Sequence record: NC_028945.1
DNA length: 64,000 bases
Strand: one strand, 5' to 3'
This document shows positions 53,743 through 62,709 of this stretch, piece by piece. The translations under genes and the position numbers were made by a program. Below the pieces are notes generated by a model that saw only the letters and a list, made by a program, of their open reading frames with translations, had not been told where the DNA came from and did no database searches. Positions within the stretch are counted from its first letter, which is position 1. Every line of letters starts with the position of its first letter.

Positions 53743-54081
53743 TCAGAGAGTGTGCATGACGATGTGGGCGTTCATCGCATCGGATCGGCAATGATAGGCA
53801 TCCGGGAGATTTTCCTTCAGCCATTCTGCGATCATGTCATAATCGACAAGAACACTGGTGGCATGCCAGAACATAATCAGCTTTTCCTTGACCTTGACGA
53901 ACATGACCGAAATGCAAATCGGTCGGTCCATCAACTGCCCGACAGTGACCAGAAAGCCATGTTCCTGTTTCCACGAATAGCCGTGCTTCTCATGCCACGT
54001 TTGCCAGATGTACATTTCTTCGTTGCTGTTCGCTTCGATCATCCCGTGGACATCGGCAAGCATTTCTTCCAATGAACGCAT
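53743..54081 (-). CDS. conserved phage hypothetical protein
   Basis: EA.S.E...W...G...T.G....RP..(I)S...F...TS..VD..M...WL. Confidence 0.7.
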   Translation of the reverse strand: MRSLEEMLADVHGMIEANSNEEMYIWQTWHEKHGYSWKQEHGFLVTVGQLMDRPICISVMFVKVKEKLIMFWHATSVLVDYDMIAEWLKENLPDAYHCRSDAMNAHIVMHTL

Positions 54082-54083
54082 TC

Positions 54084-54794
54084 TCACTTTCCTTCTTTTT
54101 CGTCAGCGACGGTCTGTGCCGCACCCATGATCACTTGGAACGGAACCTTCTTACCAGCGAGGAACCAATCGATCCGAACCCAAGTGGTTCCGTGGAAGTT
54201 CCGGCAGTAGACCGGATTGATCGAAACCGGAAGCTTCATGTCTTCGGCGGTAGGGACTTCCTTGTTGAATTCTTCGATGATCCGCTTCGACCAGTCGAAG
54301 GTTTCTTTCCGGTCCTTCAGCCACTCTTCGAAGCTCTTCAGGACACGGTCCTTGATGGCTTCTTCAGCACCGGCTTCTTTTCTTTCGAATTTGACGACTT
54401 CGACTGCCTTGACTTCAAGGCGAAGGGCGAAAAGGTCTTCGATGGTGGTGAAGGTTTCAGCGAGCGCTTCGGTGCCGACGACGGCTTCGACAGCGGCTCT
54501 ATGCTTAGCGCGGTAGTTGTGAAGGTCGAAGGGGAAGCCGTAGTAGGCTTGGTTGGCGTGGTCGAAGCGACTGCCTTTTTTTGCGTAGGTTTCGCAACCG
54601 GTGTTGTTGTCGATGACAGCGCGACCGGCGTCACGCTCTTCACGCATCACGGCAAGCAAGGCGTCTTTGACGAGACGTTCAAGAACGTCGAATGCGCGTG
54701 CAAGGTCTTCGTTGGCTTCTTTGATCTTCGCTTTGATTGCCGAACCGGCATTGACGATGGCAACGGCTTTGGCGGTGTAATCACGAGCACTCAT
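54084..54794 (-). CDS. hypothetical protein
   Basis: first ORF after cassette. Confidence 0.75.
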   Translation of the reverse strand: MSARDYTAKAVAIVNAGSAIKAKIKEANEDLARAFDVLERLVKDALLAVMREERDAGRAVIDNNTGCETYAKKGSRFDHANQAYYGFPFDLHNYRAKHRAAVEAVVGTEALAETFTTIEDLFALRLEVKAVEVVKFERKEAGAEEAIKDRVLKSFEEWLKDRKETFDWSKRIIEEFNKEVPTAEDMKLPVSINPVYCRNFHGTTWVRIDWFLAGKKVPFQVIMGAAQTVADEKEGK

Positions 54795-54880
54795 TGAAGA
54801 ACCTTTCTTCGTTTCTCTCTATGATTTGAAGATAGAGTAGATTCGAAGAAAGGTCAACAGGGAATTTGGAATTATTTCGA
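54795..54880 (-). promoter_or_regulatory. conserved early promoter/leader cassette
   Basis: TTGAC(54857)-N18-TATCTT. Confidence 0.8.
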
Positions 54881-55043
54881 ATTTTTGATCAGGGTGACGA
54901 TCAGACTTTCGCCATTCTCGTGATGGTCGATATGAACCTCATCCACACCAAGAGCATCGCGCATGAATTCCTCAAGATCGGCAACCGAAACCATTCCCTT
55001 ACGACAATGGTTTCGGTTGCGCTGATATGCGTGTACATGTCCT

Positions 55044-55646
55044 TCATTCGGTGATCCCTTTCAATGACTCGTGAAGCTGCCGAAGCCATTCATTACGAGC
55101 GGCAACCCGTTCAACTTCTTCGTTGCGATAACGCGTGTAGCGCTTGATGTCGTCCTGAAGGTCTTCGATTTCGTAGGCAAGCCATCGTTCGGCTGTCCAG
55201 ACGGTCGGCACATCGTCTGAAGGATCGCGGTGGCAATCAAATTCGATAGAACTGTTCAACTGTTGAAGCATGAATTCTTTGATTCCTTCCGGAGCACCTT
55301 GCCAAGCTTCGACCTTGGCAATCATGTCTTTGTAACGCTTCTTGGTCCGCTTGTAGGTATCGACACGCTTGTTGTGATATTCGAGCGCGTCGGCATTTGC
55401 CTTTGCGACAAGGGCTTCAATCGTTTCCGGTGTCGCTTCCCGGAGCATTTCGATACGTTCGGCGGCGTCGATGATTCTTTCGTTATAATGCTCAACATCG
55501 GGTTCGAACTGTTCCGGAACGGGAGCATCAGCCGGATCGTCGCGCATGCAGATCAGCGCGCCCATACCACGGGCACATGAAAGGACAAAGTCGCGAAGGC
55601 TGGTGATTTCACCTTCAGCGACGGCATGTGTATAACCAGTAGGCAT
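55044..55646 (-). CDS. conserved phage hypothetical protein
   Basis: MPTGYT..(I)..G...F...CAR..GA...RDDP family pattern. Confidence 0.8.
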   Translation of the reverse strand: MPTGYTHAVAEGEITSLRDFVLSCARGMGALICMRDDPADAPVPEQFEPDVEHYNERIIDAAERIEMLREATPETIEALVAKANADALEYHNKRVDTYKRTKKRYKDMIAKVEAWQGAPEGIKEFMLQQLNSSIEFDCHRDPSDDVPTVWTAERWLAYEIEDLQDDIKRYTRYRNEEVERVAARNEWLRQLHESLKGITE

Positions 55647-55649
55647 TGA

Positions 55650-55805
55650 TTACTTTCTTTCTAATTTGACGTAGGTTTCGAGGGTTTGAATGTAGCGGAC
55701 GACTTCTTCCAAGGCGTATACGTCGCGAGCGCGTTCGAATTCCTTGTAGGGAACTTTGGGGTCGAGGGTCCGGATCAGTTCGGAGACTTCAAAGGGTCGT
55801 TTCAT
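55650..55805 (-). CDS. hypothetical protein (51 aa)
   Basis: ATGA coupling; below track cutoff. Confidence 0.5.
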   Translation of the reverse strand: MKRPFEVSELIRTLDPKVPYKEFERARDVYALEEVVRYIQTLETYVKLERK

Positions 55806-56377
55806 AGAGCAACAAACCAAGTCAATGCGAGGATAAAGACAACGATGACACCAAGCACGATACCCATATTCGGAGTGCCGTTGTCATCTACCTTGATTTC
55901 GGGACCGAGCTTTGCTGCTTGTCTCTTCTTCAAATCTTCGCGGTATTCTTCAAGCTGAACCCTAAGCTTCGCAAGCGAGTTTTCGAAATTTTCCTTGTCG
56001 TGCTTGAGTCTGTCGATTGCGCCCGGAATGATACGCGGGTCCAGTCCGTCAATCTCTTTTGACTGAGACGTGTTGATCAGAATTCGACCATCTGCGGACT
56101 TTTCGATCAAGCGGCGGTAGCGTTCGACGGTGTCGATCATATCGAGGTCGAACCTGTATGCGCCTCTGTACATACCGAACCGATGATACATCCAATCCCT
56201 GCCCCACGTTTCGCGCTCAATTTCGTTACATTGTTTATGCAAATCATAACATTGCGAAAGTAGTTCGTTGTACTCTTCCGAGTATTGATCCCAAGTTATT
56301 GTGAATATGTCGAGGGTGTTAACCAGTTCATTGATGTCCATCCAAACCTGTGGTTCGGTCGATACTTTAGCAGTCAC
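55802..56377 (-). CDS. coiled-coil protein with C-terminal TM
   Basis: coupled ORF; hydrophobic tail. Confidence 0.65.
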   Translation of the reverse strand: MTAKVSTEPQVWMDINELVNTLDIFTITWDQYSEEYNELLSQCYDLHKQCNEIERETWGRDWMYHRFGMYRGAYRFDLDMIDTVERYRRLIEKSADGRILINTSQSKEIDGLDPRIIPGAIDRLKHDKENFENSLAKLRVQLEEYREDLKKRQAAKLGPEIKVDDNGTPNMGIVLGVIVVFILALTWFVAL

Positions 56378-56733
56378 TTATCAAGCATCCTTTCCAGATG
56401 TTGTTGATCTTCATTCCATAGTTGCCGAGCACGTTTCTTGGCGGCATTCAGTATCAATTCGATTTCGTCGGTGCTGTATGGATAGTTTTCACCACCAACA
56501 CTGAGACTGGACAAACCACCACCAGCGCGCGGCGAATGCCACTCGATAGATACCCATCCAAACGGCGATTCGACAGCAAGGGTGCTGATACCGTAGTTCG
56601 ACAAATCTCTTCCGACGATCTTGTTGTTTGCGAAAGCGTCCATCAGAGCAAGCGTGACCTTGGAAGCTTCGCTAACCGGCGCGGGTTCGGGTTCCCCACC
56701 CAATAGATCATCAAACCATTTGAAAAAAGACAT
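56374..56733 (-). CDS. hypothetical protein
   Basis: RBS GGAG. Confidence 0.65.
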   Translation of the reverse strand: MSFFKWFDDLLGGEPEPAPVSEASKVTLALMDAFANNKIVGRDLSNYGISTLAVESPFGWVSIEWHSPRAGGGLSSLSVGGENYPYSTDEIELILNAAKKRARQLWNEDQQHLERMLDK

Positions 56734-56755
56734 TATTCAATTCTCCAATCTATCA

Positions 56756-56782
56756 AAAAGAAAAGGCGGAAGTCAATCCGCC
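56756..56782 (-). terminator. rho-independent terminator
   Basis: GGCGGA-6nt-TCCGCC followed by T-tract on minus strand. Confidence 0.75.
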
Positions 56783-56800
56783 CAATTCCAATTTTTGAAC

Positions 56801-58192
56801 TTACTTGACTTCGTCCGGAGCAACAGTCCGATCATAGGACAAGCTCTTTGCGGCGTTGGCGTTCAGGAGATTAAAGAACGTCTGAACTTCGCTGTTCGAA
56901 CCAACCGGAGCACCATCGGCACTTCCGCCAAAGACGATCTGCGGAACATTGCGGCGAGCAAAGGCGTCTGCCCAAACCTTCTGAATTTCAATTTCAGCAT
57001 TGATCTTCGTCTGAAGGGCGTTGTCAGCTTCGATGGCAAGCTGGCGTTCCTTGGCGTCGGCTTCAGCCTTGACAATCTGTGCCTTGGCATTGATTTCCGC
57101 CGTCTGGAAACTGATTTCAGCGGTCTTCTTGACGATAGCTGCTTCTTCCGTCTGTTGCTGCGCTTTGATCAGGGTAAGCTTCTTGGTGGTTTCGGCGTCG
57201 GTCGTTGCCTTAATCTGTGCCTTGCGAGCCTTGCCTTGTTCTTCGGCAATATCACGTTCAGCTTCGGCAATCTTCAGGAGACGCTGTTCTTCCTGTTCAA
57301 GGCGCTGATCACGAGCGATCACACGGCGACCAAGAGCTTCCTTACGCTTCACAACCTGCTTTTCGTATGCTTCATCAGCGTCGAGGTTTTCAATGATCGC
57401 GGTCGAAACAACGATACCGTACTTGGCATAATCGGGAAGGTTCGGGCGAATGTCCTTGCCGTTCTTGTCTGCCTTCTTGGTAAGAATGGTGATGTTCACG
57501 ACAGAAGAGGTTTCCGCCTTATCCTGAACTGCTTCGCCTTCGGCAGGAGCGACACGCTTCTGGATTTCCGATTCGTCGGTGATCTTTTCGGTTGCTGCCG
57601 GACCATAGGTGATGGTGTCGCGGTATTCGTTCTTGAAGGCGTCACGCTGTCCACCAGAATAGTATTCTTCCATGGTGAAGAGGTTTGCCGTGGTATCAAG
57701 CGAAGCCTTGACCGAAGGGACCAGAGTCGATGCGATCAGGTTTTCCGGAGTGCGAAGGTCGCGGGCAAGCTTCAGGAACTTTTCTTCATTCTGAGGAATA
57801 CCGAAGCGAGTGCTTTGGGTGATGTCGCCCGCCCAATTGTCGGCAAGCTTTACCCGATACGGAACATCAAGGCGGGTCGAAATGCTGTCCTGCTTGACGT
57901 CTTGCGGATTGGCGACGTTACCAATCGTGAAGTAATGGGGCCACAGTGTCGTATTACCCCAACCGGAAAAGTACCAGCCGATATCGCACTTCGACGTTTC
58001 CATACCGAACAGCGTCCGAATGTGGGCGCAATAACCCGCGTCGTTGTAGGAGACCGAACCGGACAGACCGACAACGGAACCAAACAGGAAAAGGGCGAGG
58101 GCAATTGCCTTGCGCGGCAGTGCTGCCGGAAGTGTGATTGCGAGCATGATTGCGGCAAATGCGATTACAATGCCGATTATAATGGAGAACAA
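56801..58192 (-). CDS. SPFH / band-7 (prohibitin/flotillin-like) membrane protein
   Basis: N-terminal TMs, SPFH core, EA-rich coiled coil, VP.IV.GG tail. Confidence 0.8.
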   Translation of the reverse strand: MFSIIIGIVIAFAAIMLAITLPAALPRKAIALALFLFGSVVGLSGSVSYNDAGYCAHIRTLFGMETSKCDIGWYFSGWGNTTLWPHYFTIGNVANPQDVKQDSISTRLDVPYRVKLADNWAGDITQSTRFGIPQNEEKFLKLARDLRTPENLIASTLVPSVKASLDTTANLFTMEEYYSGGQRDAFKNEYRDTITYGPAATEKITDESEIQKRVAPAEGEAVQDKAETSSVVNITILTKKADKNGKDIRPNLPDYAKYGIVVSTAIIENLDADEAYEKQVVKRKEALGRRVIARDQRLEQEEQRLLKIAEAERDIAEEQGKARKAQIKATTDAETTKKLTLIKAQQQTEEAAIVKKTAEISFQTAEINAKAQIVKAEADAKERQLAIEADNALQTKINAEIEIQKVWADAFARRNVPQIVFGGSADGAPVGSNSEVQTFFNLLNANAAKSLSYDRTVAPDEVK

Positions 58193-58212
58193 TTCAGTTT
58201 CCTTTCAAATTA

Positions 58213-58863
58213 TTATTCGTGTGAGTATTCATCGATTTCCAGTTCACCGTCCGGTCCGAAATAGGAGACGCGGACATGATCGCCGTAGATCATTTTCATG
58301 TAGTCATCGTCAATCCAGTTGAGCACGGATTCGATTGCTTCGAAGTCGGCAACGGCAGCGCGAAGCTTCTCTTCGTTCTCTTCGATCCACTGAAGCCTTT
58401 CGATCAGTTCTTCCTTGCTCCAATAGGTCGGTTCCCAATGTCCGAAGAGTTCGGGCTTGTTGTAGTGGTGATGACCATAACGATTGATGAAATCGTCATA
58501 ATAGCGCTGATAGGTGCCGCGCGGGTCTTTCTCGTATTCCGTCCACTTCCGAAGATGTTCTTCATAGTCTTCACGATTACCGAAGATACGCGATTCGTCT
58601 TCGCGGTCGTCATAGCCTTCTTCAGTGAAAGCAATGTTGATTTCATTCACACCAAACTCGCACTCTTCGCCGTCATTGAAATATGGCGTGTACTGTGTCC
58701 AGTGAATGGCGTAAACGTGTTCGCCGTGCTTCTCAAAAAATTCCTTGAAGATCGAAGTAATGATCGCTTGCGATTCGCGCTTGGCGGCTTCCTGTGCATC
58801 TTTGATGCGGGCTTGGAGTTCGGAATACTTCGCTTGGAATTCCGTAATAATCTTGTTCGTCAT
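58213..58863 (-). CDS. conserved phage hypothetical protein (partner of DUF6915-like gene)
   Basis: I.W.QYTPYFNDGE.CEF.V...G.HV.V...Y.HE pattern. Confidence 0.78.
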   Translation of the reverse strand: MTNKIITEFQAKYSELQARIKDAQEAAKRESQAIITSIFKEFFEKHGEHVYAIHWTQYTPYFNDGEECEFGVNEINIAFTEEGYDDREDESRIFGNREDYEEHLRKWTEYEKDPRGTYQRYYDDFINRYGHHHYNKPELFGHWEPTYWSKEELIERLQWIEENEEKLRAAVADFEAIESVLNWIDDDYMKMIYGDHVRVSYFGPDGELEIDEYSHE

Positions 58864-58878
58864 ATATCCCTTCTCTTG

Positions 58879-59241
58879 TTAGTCGCCGTATTCAACACCC
58901 ATGACCTGAAGTCGTTTCTTCATGCCATGACCGCGCATCCAATCCTCCACCGGAATTCCGTCAAGCCATTGGTCGAGCGTCGGGATGAAACCACAATCTT
59001 CCATGACATGGTCTTCGGCGATATTGCGAACGTCAACCTTCTTGCCATCAGAATTGATGATGACATGACCGAAGACTTGTTCGGCAATGTAGATGCCAAA
59101 TGTGTTGTGAAGGATCGCACGGTGACGGGTGTCTGCCCATGCGGCTTTGGTGGAGTCAAACCAGTCGTGAATTTTGATGTAGTCTTCAACAATCCCGCCG
59201 TAACGCTTAACGCTATTTTGGGCATGTATCCTTGGTTTCAA
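58879..59241 (-). CDS. DUF6915-like His-rich protein
   Basis: HA..S...GG..EDY..IH.W.D..K....D.RHR...H...GI...E..FG...E.HV.ED.G..P. Confidence 0.78.
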   Translation of the reverse strand: MKPRIHAQNSVKRYGGIVEDYIKIHDWFDSTKAAWADTRHRAILHNTFGIYIAEQVFGHVIINSDGKKVDVRNIAEDHVMEDCGFIPTLDQWLDGIPVEDWMRGHGMKKRLQVMGVEYGD

Positions 59242-59288
59242 TGTTCGTTCTCTTTAAATCATCAGTTTCATATTGGCAAGCATTATTT

Positions 59289-59651
59289 TTAAAAATTCAA
59301 GTGAGTATAGCGCCAAGTCCAGATGGCATGTTTCAAACCATCATTCGACAAGTGCCCATGCCGGTTCTTGACAATGGTAATGTCCAGACCATCGGTCATC
59401 ACTGCCGCATCAGACAGCAACACCAATTCATAGGCATAGGGAACCTTATGGAGCGCTTCCTTGATTTGGCTGTTGCGTGGTGCCGGGAAAGCAATGATCA
59501 AATCCTTACAGTGTTCCAGCGCGAATTGACGCAACTCCAACATCACTTCCCGGAGCTTGTGCTCACGACGCATTTCCGGATCATGAACGTACTTGGCAAA
59601 TTCATCTGTGTGATGAAGATCAATATTCCACTGTTTCGGTTCCCGAGTCAT
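59289..59651 (-). CDS. hypothetical protein with DnaB-C-terminus-like motifs
   Basis: ELRQFALEH...II; SDAAVM...ITIVKNRHG. Confidence 0.6.
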   Translation of the reverse strand: MTREPKQWNIDLHHTDEFAKYVHDPEMRREHKLREVMLELRQFALEHCKDLIIAFPAPRNSQIKEALHKVPYAYELVLLSDAAVMTDGLDITIVKNRHGHLSNDGLKHAIWTWRYTHLNF

Positions 59652-59758
59652 TTGTTTGCCGCTCTTGCCTTCTTCTTGGTCTTCAGGACGCGGACTCGGA
59701 AGCTAACGATTGTTCCGTATCGATCTTTGAAGACTTGGACTTTTGTTGCTGTTTCCAT
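59648..59758 (-). CDS. 36-aa basic peptide
   Basis: RBS GAGG; ATGA coupling. Confidence 0.45.
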   Translation of the reverse strand: METATKVQVFKDRYGTIVSFRVRVLKTKKKARAANK

Positions 59759-60285
59759 AGGTTCCGGATTTCCTCAATATGGACCGGCGTGTAATCGATC
59801 TTCTCAACCGAGAGATTGACATACGGTCCGTCTGGTGAATCATTCTGGTGGATGTGTCCGTGGACATTCAGAACCGGTTCATCGGTGTCCACCGGTCGAA
59901 GGAGCGATGACGGATGAAGCGGCACATGAGACAGCACGAATCCAAAGTCACGGAATATCCGCCACATATAGACCTTGCTGAACATACCGGACGGCGCGAG
60001 CCATTTGATGTCGTCATGATTGCCGACACACAACCGCTTCCTGCCATTCAGCTTATTGAAGAATGGAATAAAGCCTTCCTTCGGACCCATGACGACGTCG
60101 CCAAGGTGATAGACAATGTCTCCCGGCATGACAACCGAGTTCCATTTTTCGAGCATGAATTCATCCATTTCATCGACGGTCGCAAAACCGGGACGAATCA
60201 GAGAACCATCTTTGCTATGGGTGAATGTCAGGATGTTGGCGTGACGAAAATGTGTGTCACTGATAGCCCAAATATTACGTGCCAT
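59683..60285 (-). CDS. calcineurin-like metallophosphoesterase
   Basis: SDTHF.H, LGDV, GNHD, SH.P, NVHGH.H motifs. Confidence 0.9.
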   Translation of the reverse strand: MARNIWAISDTHFRHANILTFTHSKDGSLIRPGFATVDEMDEFMLEKWNSVVMPGDIVYHLGDVVMGPKEGFIPFFNKLNGRKRLCVGNHDDIKWLAPSGMFSKVYMWRIFRDFGFVLSHVPLHPSSLLRPVDTDEPVLNVHGHIHQNDSPDGPYVNLSVEKIDYTPVHIEEIRNLWKQQQKSKSSKIDTEQSLASESAS

Positions 60286-60929
60286 TAATCTTTCTTGTAA
60301 ATCATAAGATGCGGAGAAGCAATAGCCGAAAGTTCGGAAAAATCGGCGTCGTTTTGAACAATCGTGGTGATCGTTTTGGTTTTGGAATTCACGACTGCCT
60401 TGAATTCCCTGATGGCACCATGGCAAAGCTGAAAGGCGCTGCCGTAGCGAGCGTTGATGTAAAGTACCTTGTCTCCGATGTTCAACAGCTTGCCGTCAAC
60501 GTCGTACTGATCCGGGTTCTCCAAAGCGGCTTGTTTGGCGGCTTTCGAATCGAACAGTTCGTAGACGGTCGGTCCTTTGTAGTTCGGCAGGAAAATGACG
60601 TCCCTGCTTGGCAGCGTCAATTGAACCTTGTTCTTGCGCTTATCCCACGTCGCCACAACGAAAAAGTAGTCGTTCTCCAAACTGTACGACCTGTCATAGA
60701 ATGAACTACTGGATCGGATTGCTGCCTTGTTGACCTTCTCATATCGCGGTTTGATTTTGGCGATTGATCCTTTGCGGTCGCCATCGACAAACTTGATGTA
60801 CAAAGTCCCGTTTAGCATCTGATCCAACAGAGCGTTGTGTGCCTCAATATAGGCGAGGGCGCGCGGATCGTCCTTTTCGGTAAAGTAATAGACGTGCTCA
60901 TGTCTGTATTCATCAGGAAATGTGATCAT
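60285..60929 (-). CDS. hypothetical protein (possible SH3/KOW-like domains)
   Basis: D..GK.L..GDKVLY; coupled on both sides. Confidence 0.7.
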   Translation of the reverse strand: MITFPDEYRHEHVYYFTEKDDPRALAYIEAHNALLDQMLNGTLYIKFVDGDRKGSIAKIKPRYEKVNKAAIRSSSSFYDRSYSLENDYFFVVATWDKRKNKVQLTLPSRDVIFLPNYKGPTVYELFDSKAAKQAALENPDQYDVDGKLLNIGDKVLYINARYGSAFQLCHGAIREFKAVVNSKTKTITTIVQNDADFSELSAIASPHLMIYKKD

Positions 60930-61516
60930 GCGGCTTTATCCAGTTCGGCGTATTCGCGGGAAAATCGGAAGTATTCGAAAATTTGTTGAATGTTGAAAAT
61001 TTCAGTCGGGAAGAAATCTCCCCGGAATGAATCGTAGAACTTGAGCCGGTCGAATCCTTCGTCAATGGTCGGGATTTCGAAGGTGCCGATCATGTTGGTG
61101 ATGACATGCCACGGAATCGTTTTACCCGGACGCGAGTCCAGACGGTGTTTCAATGTCTCGACGTCCTGAAGGGTAAGAGGCGGCAGGAAGACCGCGCCAA
61201 TCTTCACATAGTTGTCACCGAAGCTTTCGAGCGAGCGAATGCGTTTGGCGGACGACAGGTTCGTCTGATCCCAAACGACATTGTCCTTGCCGTCGTTGAT
61301 TGCCCAATCAAGCTTTTGGTTGGCGATGCGATTTGCTTCCTTGTATGCGTCCTTGAACACATCGGAATAGGTCTTGCCTTCGCGCTTGGCGATAGCTTCG
61401 ATTTCGTCATCCGTCGAATAGCGATGATGATCGACAGTGGCATAGTTGCGTTCGCAAAAAGTGGACTTCCCGGAAGCAGGAAGTCCAATCAGAAAAGTAA
61501 CAAAGGGATTATTCAA
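60926..61516 (-). CDS. P-loop kinase (AAA_33 / polynucleotide-kinase-like)
   Basis: GLPASGKST, STDD.I, VWDQTNL....R, RPGK.IP, EGFD. Confidence 0.82.
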   Translation of the reverse strand: MNNPFVTFLIGLPASGKSTFCERNYATVDHHRYSTDDEIEAIAKREGKTYSDVFKDAYKEANRIANQKLDWAINDGKDNVVWDQTNLSSAKRIRSLESFGDNYVKIGAVFLPPLTLQDVETLKHRLDSRPGKTIPWHVITNMIGTFEIPTIDEGFDRLKFYDSFRGDFFPTEIFNIQQIFEYFRFSREYAELDKAA

Positions 61517-61517
61517 A

Positions 61518-61820
61518 TCAGAACCTCGTGTACAAGCCCGTCGCTTCGGTGAAGATGTCTTCAAGCATGTCGCAGAACACGCCTTCGAACTTCTTGATGG
61601 TGGTGACTGCGAGCTTCTTCATGTTGATGTTGAGGAATTCGACGGTGTAAAGGTCGTCGGGCGTCAGGGTGATCTTGACTTTGTTGATCTTCTTCGAAGT
61701 CGGGATTTGGAACATCAGATAGTCGGCAGCGCCGACAAAGTTCTTCGCGCCGGTCATTACTTTGAAGCGACCGCCGCCGAGTTGGGCGAGGATCGTGTTG
61801 GCAACGGTCAAATCAGTCAT
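61518..61820 (-). CDS. conserved phage protein (IL.QLGG.RF..MTGAK family)
   Basis: first ORF after cassette; DLY.VEF...VFCD.L...F...TGL.T.F. Confidence 0.8.
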   Translation of the reverse strand: MTDLTVANTILAQLGGGRFKVMTGAKNFVGAADYLMFQIPTSKKINKVKITLTPDDLYTVEFLNINMKKLAVTTIKKFEGVFCDMLEDIFTEATGLYTRF

Positions 61821-61885
61821 CGGGAAGAACCTTTCTTCGTTTCTCTCTATGCTTAGAACTTAGAATAAAATCAAATTCCAGTCAA
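61821..61885 (-). promoter_or_regulatory. conserved early promoter/leader cassette
   Basis: TTGAC(61885)-N18-TAAGTT; CATAGAGAGAAACGAAGAAAGGTTC. Confidence 0.8.
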
Positions 61886-61904
61886 GCCCTGATGGCGATT
61901 ATTT

Positions 61905-62309
61905 TTAAAAATTCAGATAGTAGGGAAGTCGTCGGTAAAAGTCGGTTCGATCCTTGACGACTTTGTAAAGGTTTCCCGGTTCCAAGATTATCAGACGGTC
62001 GGCGATGTGGTAGGATTGTGGATCGGTCGGATACCGATAAGCCCCGTTCGTGCTGAGGATGTACATATCAACCACCAGTTCGATTCGTGTCTCCGGGTTT
62101 GCCGCCTTGAATTTAAAAAGCTGTTCGCGGGCAAAGCTGGATATCATTGTTGGATCGATTCCTTGATCCAATGCCATCTGATAGAATTGCGAGAAAAGGA
62201 ACCGCTGGAATTCGTCCTGCTTTGGTTTTGGATTGATCGAAGCAAGCGCCGGGGTGGCGATGGTCGCGACGATACCCGCGACCACTTGGAGAAACGAACG
62301 ACGTTTCAT
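61905..62309 (-). CDS. protein with twin-arginine (Tat)-like signal peptide
   Basis: MKRRSFLQ + hydrophobic region + ALA; ATGA coupling. Confidence 0.65.
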   Translation of the reverse strand: MKRRSFLQVVAGIVATIATPALASINPKPKQDEFQRFLFSQFYQMALDQGIDPTMISSFAREQLFKFKAANPETRIELVVDMYILSTNGAYRYPTDPQSYHIADRLIILEPGNLYKVVKDRTDFYRRLPYYLNF

Positions 62310-62506
62310 GATGACATTATTCTCTCCGCAAGAGTGACGATGCCAAGGGCGAAGACAAGACAGATGCCGATGATCACCCAAAGCGGCGTTTGAACCACAA
62401 GAAGATTTGTTGCCGTCACAAGGAAGTAACCCGCAAGGATTCCGATCAGTATGATGGCAGCCGAAGTGATCGCATTGCGAACAAGAAGCTTCAGATAAAG
62501 TTTCAC
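62306..62506 (-). CDS. small membrane protein
   Basis: two TM helices. Confidence 0.65.
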   Translation of the reverse strand: MKLYLKLLVRNAITSAAIILIGILAGYFLVTATNLLVVQTPLWVIIGICLVFALGIVTLAERIMSS

Positions 62507-62709
62507 TGATGGAAATCCTCACATACGTAAATCCGGCGACCTTCGCTAACCTTATCGGTTTCCTTGATGGTCTTGCATTGGATTTCAGTTGGCGGCGTTG
62601 GCTTGCCGCTTTCATCAACGCTCATAGCGATGGCTGAGAAGATCATACCTATCACAAATATGACCGTAGGAAAATCGGCGCGGAACAGTAGGGAAAGTGC
62701 CGTATTCAT
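62503..62709 (-). CDS. small exported Cys-pair protein
   Basis: TAATG coupling; TM then C...C. Confidence 0.55.
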   Translation of the reverse strand: MNTALSLLFRADFPTVIFVIGMIFSAIAMSVDESGKPTPPTEIQCKTIKETDKVSEGRRIYVCEDFHQ

